A stretch of DNA of 64,000 nucleotides from Eledone cirrhosa (Eukaryota): assembly GCA_964016885.1 (NCBI GenBank), contig OZ024740.1:288610001-288674000 (forward strand), given 5' to 3'. Both the position numbers and the translations under genes were made by a program. Under the pieces are notes generated by a model. That model did not search any database. It was given only the letters and a program-made list of their open reading frames with translations, and had not been told where the DNA came from. Shown in pieces: positions 53,661 through 64,000 of this stretch (its first letter is position 1; every line of letters begins with the position of its first letter).

Positions 53661-53725
53661 GTGAAGACACTATCTCCATTGAGAAGGGTGATATTACATC
53701 ACCTCTTGATCTCTCTTTTGACAAG
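53661..53725 (+). CDS. Candidate ankyrin linker exon (65 nt, phase 1 to 0)
   Basis: cttattgcag|GT GAA GAC...AAG|gtaatt; EDTISIEKGDITSPLDLSFDK. Confidence 0.75.
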
Positions 53726-54990
53726 GTAATTGCCCTGATATTTAAACTCTTTGCATGCTTCATCAGTGTTGTAGTCAATTATTGTTCTCTCTTCAGTTGA
53801 AACTCTCAGTCAGTCTTAATTACATGAGTTGTTAACACTTTTAATACCAACCCACCTAAAACTGCACCGATTACAAAATTGTTATTTTAAAATGTTTATA
53901 TTTATCTAGAAACGTTGCATCATAATTTTTTGTAAGAACCTCTGTTAAGTTTGGCTCTAAACACCAGCTTAATATGAAAGTTATATTATCATTCACTACA
54001 AATTCCTAATTATTTTCATTGAATTTCATTAGAAATATAGTAACAAAGGCACTAAATTAGTGCTAACATTATTAATACATGGAACATAAAAAAACTAACA
54101 GGAAATAAATAGTAAAAAAGGAAAAATCATATAGTTAATGATCAATAACTTCTTTAGATGGTAGTCTAAACTTAGTGGAGGACTGAATCCTTGGAGAGGG
54201 GATGTGTGCCACCAAACGTCTCTGAGGCCCACTGAAATGCCACAATGGACAAACAGTCAAACATCTAGAGTGGCACAGGAATTTGATTCATTAAGAATAT
54301 TGAATAAAAAATATTGTGGTGTGTTCGTTATGTCATTTTACATTTTGAGTTTCAATCCTAATAGGGTCCTCTTTGCATTTTATTCTTGCATATTATATAT
54401 TGGATCAATAAAATTGACTATCCCTGAAGAGTGGTATCTCAACATGACTACAGTGACTAAAACCATCTTTTCTAAGCTTTCTGATACTGGGAGCTGGATA
54501 CTACTGATAAGATAAATCATGGTTATGCAGGCATATCTGAGGAAGGACTATGCCCACAGCCTTTCCAAGCATTCCTAAACATAGGTGAAAGGTGGTGATG
54601 ATATGGACAGTCTGATAACTTTAGTATTTAGTTTAAAATGTGTGTGTGTGTAGATGCATGTGTCTACTAAGTTAGATAAGGTACCAGATTGTTTGTGTAA
54701 AGTTCAGGAGTTCTTATCACAGTAGTTTTAGTCATGTTAGGTAGTTATTTAGCACTATTTCCAGTCCAACAGAGCTATTCTTTAGATGAGATTACTTGCT
54801 ATGCCCTCTGCTGGATCACGCTAATAAAACATACCAGGATCTCTATGAAAAGAACAGAAAACAGAACAGATCAGGCAAGTGTGAGGAGTTTATAGATGAT
54901 TGTATAAGTGTATACAAAATGTGTTCATATGTGTGTGTATATATATATATATATATATACACTTTATCAGTAACCACACACCTCCTTGTT

Positions 54991-55043
<53 letters not shown>

Positions 55044-57185
55044 TACATGTATATATATATGTATGTGTGTGTGTTTGTATGTATATGTAAGCAAGAAGCA
55101 GCCTTCACCAGTTCATTTGAGAGGTCTGTAGCTCCGCTTAAGTACTGACTCCTTCTGTAATGACAATATATCCTTGTGTGTAATCACATGATAAGGAAGC
55201 TCTATTTATTTTGAAGTCTTCTCTTGTGTTCTGTATAGTTTTGTTTTTATAGTTTACTAGCAAATGGGTGAATATATTTTAAAAGGCAGTCTTTTGACCA
55301 TATATACAGGTGTGTGTATGTGTGTGCATATACATCTGTAGGTATGTTCCAAATTTATGAGCAGTAGATGATAGTATCAGTGAAGTATCGAATGAAATAC
55401 ATTGTTGTGTTTGAAGTCACTTTCCATACTCAGTTCAAATCCTACCCAACTCAATTTAGCACATTCCTCCGTCCGAGGTCAATAAAACAGGTGCCAACCT
55501 ATTGAAAGACTATACTTTTTCAGATAGTGACCACTGTCTGATGATTAATAAAATAAAGACAAAACTGCACACAAACTGTATATCTAATATTATAGAGTTT
55601 ATAATAATATTAAACAACAAATACACTCCATATTCTTCACTCTATAACAATATTGAATGTTAAATCTTGTATAGAGTTTATAATATTATTATTATAATAT
55701 TAATTACCATTCATACTTATATATACTCATATTACACACACATACATGAATATATTAAACTGACTGAGAGATCTTGTACCATTTGATTTGTATGCATATA
55801 GTATTCTTAGTAAATGTTATCAGTGTAAACAGTATTATTTTTCAGTTCACTTTAGTTATCTCACATATGGTCACTTATTATTCATGTCATAAAAGGAACT
55901 GGAAATCATAATTTCAATAACTCTTTCTGGGGTTACCCTTAACCCTCTTTTTTTGTAATTTCCTATCTTAGTTTGGGGTAAAAATCGATAGTGCATTATG
56001 TATGTTTTATATTTATATTATGTATTGATAAAATAAAATAATAATGGATGTTTCTATAAGACTCAGTGCCTTATAAAACTGATGTTTGCCTTAAAGTTAT
56101 GTAGTATTAAGCATATATAGGAATTTACTTCTGGTTGGGATGTCAGTCCATCATTGCTTTCTGTCTGATAAATTGAGGTATCCAACAACAGAATACATTA
56201 GGAAGATTTAATTTCCAAGACTGAATTTGTCAGTGTAATAATTTATCCTCATAATATAGCTGTCCTTTTATTTCTTTGAAGGCATCCATTTATGTATGAT
56301 ATTAAGGTATTGAACTTCTGATCAATTGACTACAGCTCATGGATTTAGATCTTCATAAAAATACTGTTTGGTGTCCATAAGCAAAATACATTACATGTTC
56401 AACATGGTTTTCCTACATATACGCCATGCTTATTTCATGTTTAGATGATTAACAATAGAAATAACATCTACTTGCTCCAAACATCCAAAATGGTAAAAGC
56501 TATCCTATCCTTACTAATAGAGAAAGATGGATGTAAAGCAATAATGAAAAATATATTTACTAAATCTCACATTGAGAGACTATAGTGAGTGTCCTGCAGT
56601 AGGTAAATATCTTCATTTTTGTTACATTGAAGTCTATACTTATTATGTATATGATAATATTCTGGAAGTTATGAGATGTTTTGTTGGTGAATAATAAAAT
56701 TTTGTAGTAGTTTAATTGATAGACAGCTCTACATTTACAGAGGCATCTAAAAAATAAATTCACTCTTTTCCTCTAATTATGATCTCATAATACAATGATG
56801 TCATTTCCCCTTCTACTCTTCATCCAGTCTTTCCTCTTCAAAACAACCAACTCTTTAAAGCATAATCAACTTGTAAACATAATACAATTATGTAAAAATA
56901 GTGAAATGCTGCAATGATTTTCAGTTCCTAAATTCGATATACATTATTTTAGTACTCTTATGGTAAGTAGAGAGTGTCTCAGTGTTGTCTTTCTGTCAGT
57001 GTTGTCACCATCGATGTTGTAGTTGCTATTGATATTACACCTGTATTTTTGTTTCATTTCCATTTTTACTTTGTTTCTGTATAATTTCTTGCATCCATGT
57101 GCTTACTGCCACATCGATGTCCCTACCCCCTGCATGGTAATGATGTTTTAAGTGTCTGCCCTTTGTTGCTTCTGTCCTGCATTAG

Positions 57186-57344
57186 GACTTGCGTAAGGTT
57201 CGACAGGCTTCTCAAGAAGCTCGCACTCCTGTCATACGTGACATTAGCCCTGGCCTGGAATACCCCAAGTACCTGGAAAAGAGTCCTGATTATGAAGCAG
57301 AGATGATATACTACAGTGGAGATGTGTTATCACCCCAAGAAAAG
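57186..57344 (+). CDS. Candidate ankyrin linker exon (159 nt, phase 0-0)
   Basis: ctgcattag|GAC TTG...AAG|gtaaat; DLRKVRQASQEARTPVIRDISPGLEYPKYLEKSPDYEAEMIYYSGDVLSPQEK. Confidence 0.7.
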
Positions 57345-59609
57345 GTAAATTTTGTTCATCTTCTAAACTAATTCATTAACATCTTTTTAGTTTGTTTGAA
57401 AGAGCAGGATCCACTACATGACGTTTCTAATCAACTAATTAAAATTCTTCTCTCCAAGCATGTATCTTGATATGTAAATGTTGTTTTAACTATTTAACTC
57501 TTTAAACATTCTGGCACGAAGTATTGTAAGCCTATAACTGGGTTAACAGCAACATTTGTTATAGTTGCAACTATAACTACATTTTGATAATGATATAATG
57601 GAATATTCTTCCAACAAAGGTGGGGGTGATATCCTCTTCACATTATAATCATTATAAACCCAGTTTGGCGATAAGAATGCATTTAAAGACATATATCTCA
57701 ACCTACCAGAATCAAAGAAAATTCCTTATAGAATATAGATATCAGATAACACAGAAAGATGAAAATAGATTTGTACTGTAGCAAAAGATGCTTTCTACAT
57801 TATATGAAAATGAACTGTCTGCTTTGTTGCCTTTTAGCACTAAGAAGATCCAGTGTATCTTTAAAAATGTATTTAGCATTTAATTTCTTCTTTTGAAAAT
57901 TGCATTTGTGTGTGTGTGCGTGTGCGTGTGTGCGTGCGTGCGTGCGTGCTATATGATAAATCAGAAAACTTGACATATAGTCTGAAGTCAAGTTTTTATT
58001 GGCTTCATTTTGGAAGAAGGAAGAAAATTTTTTAAAATTCATTAAATCTGTAATTGTTTGAAGAATATATTTGAAATGAGTATAATCATAAAATATTAAA
58101 AAAGAAAATATCCTTATTCTATTTAGCTTTCATTGTTAGTCCTTAGTTATAATTTAGTTTAGTTCTGGCTGTTTTGAAAAAAAATAGATGTTATATCTAG
58201 AAGTCTTGTTCTATTTAGAGTTACTCTATTTACTCATGTATGAGTTACATCTTTTTTCATGAAAATATGCTGTGAAAAACTAGCTTGCAACTGGATCTAC
58301 CCTCAATTCAAAATGTATATAAAATTATAATTATTAATTATGTAGTGGAATTACTAATTATGTATGGGAAAGGCAGTTACTAAAGTAAAGTGAATAAGAA
58401 TCTAAAATTCTAAAATACAGTTTATAAATGCAAAAATGCTTCTAAATGTATTTTCATGGCTTTGTGTTTATACAATTTACAATAAAAATTAATATTGACT
58501 CTATATAAATCCTGCAACCACACGTAGGGCTTATGAGACATCTATCTGGTGTGTGACTTGTAAACTACCTTGCTCTAATGGGATCCATGGTAGAAATTAC
58601 TCCACACAGAAAACAGAATGCTACATGTTTACAATACTGTATTTAGTCTCAAGCAGTATGACACCTCTTACTTTGTTCAAATGGCCTGTGATTAGGGTAA
58701 AACAAAATATATCCAGTGTATTGGATTTATTTGAGTCAATCTCAAACATTTAGTTAGTAACTATCAGGATGAGTGGAAGTGGTGACCATTATGCTTGAGC
58801 AAATGGCTGGGGCTGCTTGACAACTATAACTAATCAGAAAAAACGATGTTCACAATGTGCAGAAAATTGTATTAATTTACTGAACATATAAGTTATGGAA
58901 GTTCCAAATAGATGAGGTTTAATTTTGTAGGTTGTTTAGTTTAGTTCAATATTTGGTCAGAAAATAGATGTACGAGAGTTCAAAGAAATAAGGTTAGATA
59001 GCTTAATGGATGAAGTAGGGTGTAACTATTTCTGAGAAGATGATGTTAGGTTACTCCAGCAGCTTGTAGTTTAAATATTTCTATTTTAAATTGTTTTGCT
59101 TTATTATTATTATTTGGTTGTGGGTGTGGGATTTTTGGCAAATGTTAACTTCTGCTTGAATATTTTATACTGGAGTTGACATTAAAGTCAGCCTCAATAA
59201 ATTGGCCAGTGCCCAGCATTGGTTATGTCAAGGTCATTATACATTATCTAATGTACAATATATAGTAATTGATGTGTCAAGGTCCCTCTAAATACACACT
59301 ATTATGTGTTCAGCATTGAGTGTATCACAATTACTGTAAATACATTTTTAGCACCCAGAAATGTTAACGTCACTAACTATCTTAGGGTTAATTCTGTAAT
59401 TTAACAATACAATCAATAAAAGGAGCATGTTCCAATAAAATTATAATAACCAAAAATTTAATGTGAAAAAGCTAAAATTTATCTTCCTTTTATATCATCC
59501 ATGCTTCTAACAACCTGTTGTTACTAATTGTTGTTCATGTAAATAATGTTGTTTTCCTTTAACTCCATAATGAAAAAGCATGAAACCAGTTTTATTCTCA
59601 CCCTGCCAG

Positions 59610-59879
59610 CACCAGCATGGTCACGACAGTGTCTTTGGTCATGGATTCTCAACCCTAGACCAACTATCCCCAACCCTCGAAAGGGACCGTTTGTCAACAT
59701 GTGATAAAGATTCTGCTTTCGATAGAGAATCCATTCTGGGTAGAAATTCTCCATACCCTCTACAAGCCGAACTGGCATACGGGAGGAACTTGTCCTCACG
59801 ACCTCCTACTTCTTTGGGCAGCTACATTGATGATGAAAATCTGAGCTATGTCGATGACATAGATTCGTCATCTTTACAG
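59610..59879 (+). CDS. Candidate ankyrin linker exon (270 nt, phase 0-0; boundaries uncertain)
   Basis: ctcaccctgccag|CAC CAG CAT...TTA CAG|gtaaac; Ser/Asp-rich open frame with higher GC than flanks; second acceptor 6 nt downstream; frame stays open past the donor. Confidence 0.65.
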
Positions 59880-60530
59880 GTAAACTTCACCAGGTTGAAC
59901 AGAGGGTTACCATCTGCAGATATTGCTTCAAATAGGCTTTCCTCTTTTTCTCGGACGTTTTGTAAATGGTTATTGTCGTTGTTTAAGTCATTCCCATGGG
60001 TACATAGTTAATCAGTCAAATAAATTGTAATGATGAACAGATCCATTGCTCCATATATATATGGAGAAGCAGGCAAAACTCCAGAGTAACAAGACTCATT
60101 ATTTAGCCTTAATGAAATATTTAAACTTTACTTCGCTATTGAGTACTCTTTTCTATCTGTCGTTAACTACATACTGATATGCATGTGATAAGACAGCTGA
60201 TTTAAGGCTAATTTCCTTGCTGAAGTGGGGGTTAGCCTTGCAAGCCCCATGAAAGCTTCATATTCAACATGAGGCATGTAAGTCACTTCCTGGTTTAATG
60301 AGCCATCTAAGGCAGCATCAGCGACAGCATCATTAATAACGTTTTGGGAGTTGTCTGTCCTTTTTTTTCTGTTCTAAGAAGTGGCCATACTTGGACACGA
60401 CTAGGCTTTCTACTCCACTCTCTCTCTATATATATATATATGTGTCTGATGGTAGCTAAGATGCTTCCATAGGCGGTATGCCGGTTGAGCACTCTATGCT
60501 CCTACAGAGAAGAGTATATATATGTATATA

Positions 60531-60710
60531 TTTCTTAGTTCTTAGGTTCTTATGCACCTTTCGGTGCATCGGGCAGTAAGTAGTCGGCAACAATCCCGAT
60601 CAGCGGCGGTTTTTTTGCATCCATGCCAAGTGATGTTGGCTGCCATCAGGTCTTTTTGAAACATTCGGTGCCAGCTGATCCTGGGGCAAACCCGGCCTCC
60701 GTTTGCCATA
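60531..60710 (-). mobile_element. 3' end of a third RTE-like LINE
   Basis: Minus strand GKRRPG/PRISWHRMFQKDL...AADRD, hairpin atgcaccgaaaggtgcat, tail ctaagaactaagaaa. Confidence 0.65.
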
Positions 60711-61894
60711 TTGACACACGGCTATAAATATTTTATGGGGTTAAATTGATTGCATTAACCCAACTATATGGCTGAGTATTTATTTTATTAAGTTTAGATA
60801 GATGAAAGGCAATGTGGCCTCAACAGGATGTGAAATCAAAACATAAAAGAATAAAACATTAGTGTTCTACAATTTTGGCCATTTGACCATCTTTGACAGT
60901 AAATTATTGGGGTGGGGAAGTTATAATCCTTCTGTCTGTATCAGAAATGAAAGCAAATCTAAGTATGTGTCTCAAATCTAAGCTATACAATTTACAACAT
61001 GTCCGAGAAAAAGTTATTTAGGAGAACTCTTCTGTTCTGAAGTTGCTTTTTGCTCTTTTCTCTCTTGGGTGCCATCTTGCTTTGAATTTCTACATTTCTA
61101 CTCTGTCACATCGATTTTATTGAGGTTTACTGGAGGCTTGACATAGAAGAAAAGGCAGAAACATGGGTGTTTGGCTTCATTTACTATTACCTTCATTCTA
61201 TTTCTACATATATCTTTTTTTGTGTGTGTACAATTAACACAGATTTGTTGTATGTATACACTGACACACACAACCAAAGTATTAGCTACTAACATTACTC
61301 TATTGCCTTGGATCTATATTTCCCTTTGTGTGTATGCGTGTCACCATCATCGTTTAACTGTGTGTGTGTGTAGATATACATATAAACTGACTGATTGACT
61401 AGTGTGTCTGGGGTTCTTATACATTTGTGTGTCTAAAAATATCATACCTATGTATTCATGTAAGTACATATGTCTGTGTGTGTGTATTCACACTAATTAT
61501 CTGTCTAATCTGAAGTTCCCATTCTTTCTCTCCCCCCACCAACAAACACACACCACCAATTCCCTGTATCTGGTAGCATTTAAGGTGGTGGGGGTTCAAA
61601 CTGAAACTAGTCCTTGCAATAACAATTGACAATAACTTTGTGAGTGCATGTGTGGGTATGTGTGTCAGTGTGTATATTTACATTGTTTGCCTATCTTACC
61701 ACTGTATAATGTTATGTTCATGTGTCAGTCAGTGTCTGTATGTGTTTCATTCTGTCCTTCTCAATAGTAAAAGGTCAAACTGTTGCTCAGAAACATTTTG
61801 TCATGATTCCTATTTGCTACAGTTACACCATATTCACATCCACAAGGCATGTTAACCCTTTCCAACAGTTTCTTGAGATTTAACTCTTCTATTC

Positions 61895-61928
<34 letters not shown>

Positions 61929-63006
61929 AAATTAACCCACCATTTCTCTCATTTTCTCTCTATCTATTTCTTTATGCCTTCCTCCACTCTAAGTTTTCTG
62001 GTTTCAGCTGAGCTTCTTATAGATTTCTGATGTCTTCTAGAGACTGTTTAGTTTTCCAATACCTGGGAAGCTACTTATAAACCTCTGGGTATTTATGGAT
62101 GCCTATTTGCTACTGACAGTTAATAAATAATTCATAGCTTTCTGGTGCCTATTAAATAGCCTTTAAATATCTATTGTCTACATAGCATTCATAATCCTTT
62201 GAAACATGTTAAAACTAACCTAAATATTAGTAGAGTTTAGTAAACTGCCTATATTCCTTTTACTATCTACACAAATTAACTTCATTTTCAAATGTCTATA
62301 CTAAACTGCTTCTAAGGTTTTCATACTCTATCAAAGTCTTTACATTTTTTTTTATAATCTCTACTAAACTACTTATAATATTTCAATACTCAACTAACTT
62401 TGATCTCCTCATCCCTATACTGATTTACCTATAATCTTTTGATACCTTTACTAAACTGCCTATAATCTTTTGATACTTATTCTAAACTACCTATTGGCTT
62501 TTTGACTGAACGTTTGTAACAAAACTGCCTATAAATTTCTGACATCTACTCTTCTGAATATAGTCTCTTGGTGTATTAAACTGTCTACAGTCTTTTGCTG
62601 TCTATAAAACTATTATCTATTATACATATATGTAATGGTTAAGCATATGTAGTATGTATGTATATAAAATGTATGGATATAAGATCCTTGGAACATATTT
62701 ATTTTAAATGTTTGCTTTAATTAGCTTTTAATGCCTTTTATCGCTTTAATTGATTAAAACATAAAGCGTGTTAATATTTCTATTGACTTCTTCCAACATC
62801 TCTCATCTTTTAACTGAAGCTAACTTAAAACAGCAATGACATTACAGATACTTGTTTTCAGAATCTAAGGAAATGATCTCTATTTGTTATTGCAGTCATT
62901 ATTATTATTAAATATTTGTTGTTGTTGTTGTTATTATTTTTATTATTATTATTATTATTTTTTAAATTATTATTATTATTATCATTATTATTATTATTAT
63001 TATTAT

Positions 63007-63896
63007 TGGCAGAATCGGTAGAGCGTCAGACATGCTTAGCGGCATAGTTATGACCTTTTGCATTCTGAGGTCAAATCCGGCCGCGGTTAGCTTTGCCTTT
63101 CATCCTTCCAGGGTTGATAAAGAAAGTAAAGTGCCAGGCAAATAGTGGGATTGATTAAATTTATTAATCTATCCTTAAAATTTCTGGACTTCTGCCTTTG
63201 TTAAAAATTATTATTATAAGAAATTATTATCATTTTAATTATTATCGTTATTATTATCAATATTATTACATGGTAAAAGGCGGTGGATTGGCAGTATTGG
63301 TAGAGAGTCGGACACCATGCTTTGCTGCATAGAGTTACGGCCCTTTATGATCTGAGTTCAAATCCGGCCGAGGTTAACTTTGCCTTTCATCCTTACGGGG
63401 TCGATAAAATAAAGCACTAGTCACATACTGGGGTCGATTTAATCGACTTTCCCCTCCCCCAAAATTGCTGGCCTTGTGCCTATATAACAAACCATTATTA
63501 TTACACAGCCATTGGTGGATTGGCAGTATTGGTAGAGGGTTGGACGCTATGCTTTGACGCATAGAGTTACGGCCCTTGCCATTCTGAGTTTGAATCCCGC
63601 CGAGGTTAACTTTGCCTTTCATCCTTACGGGGGTCGATAAACTAAAGTACCAGTAATGTACTGGGTAATAGCTGGCCTTGTGCCTAAAATAGAAACAATT
63701 ATTATGGTGGATTGGCAGTATCGGTAGAGGGTCAGACGCCATGCTTTGACGCATAGTTACGGCCCTTGCCATTCTGAGTTCAAATCCCGCCGAGGTTAAC
63801 TTTGCCTTTCATCCTTATGGGGTCAATAAAATAAAGCACCAGTAATGCACTGGGTAATTGCTGGCCTTGTGCCAAAAGTAGAAACAATTATTATTA

Positions 63897-63940
<44 letters not shown>
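63007..63940 (+). mobile_element. Tandem array of four family B SINEs between (ATT)n tracts
   Basis: Copies start at about 63007, 63279, 63514 and 63706. Confidence 0.88.
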
Positions 63941-64000
63941 TCTTATGTTTGCCATATTCTATTTTATCTTTTCATATCTTTTGCAACTTTGCAATGACTG

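Overview
AT-rich eukaryotic (animal) DNA; the SINE families and (TA)n load suggest an octopus-like cephalopod, which is an inference. The window is the interior of one + strand canonical ankyrin gene (ANK2/ANK3/unc-44-like). It holds 15 exons for ANK repeats 7-24 (99 or 198 nt, phase 0, GT-AG) and four candidate exons of the linker before the ZU5 domain; both gene ends lie outside the window. The repeat-12 exon has one extra A in an A9 run (probable assembly error). Introns hold a young 5'-truncated RTE LINE with a PHD finger after the RT, partner SINEs, piggyBac- and Tigger-like MITEs, a solo LTR, micro- and minisatellites, and several (TA)n-anchored foldback elements resembling Penelope-like retroelement ends. 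The strongest unexplained signal is a set of hammerhead ribozyme motifs: a minimal type I (16444-16520, +), a U3-A8 covariant type I (67-142, -), and a candidate whose three core strands are in a non-cyclic, pseudoknotted order (9987-10061, +). The two sense-strand motifs each have an upstream antisense copy. All calls are by eye; no searches or folding programs were run.
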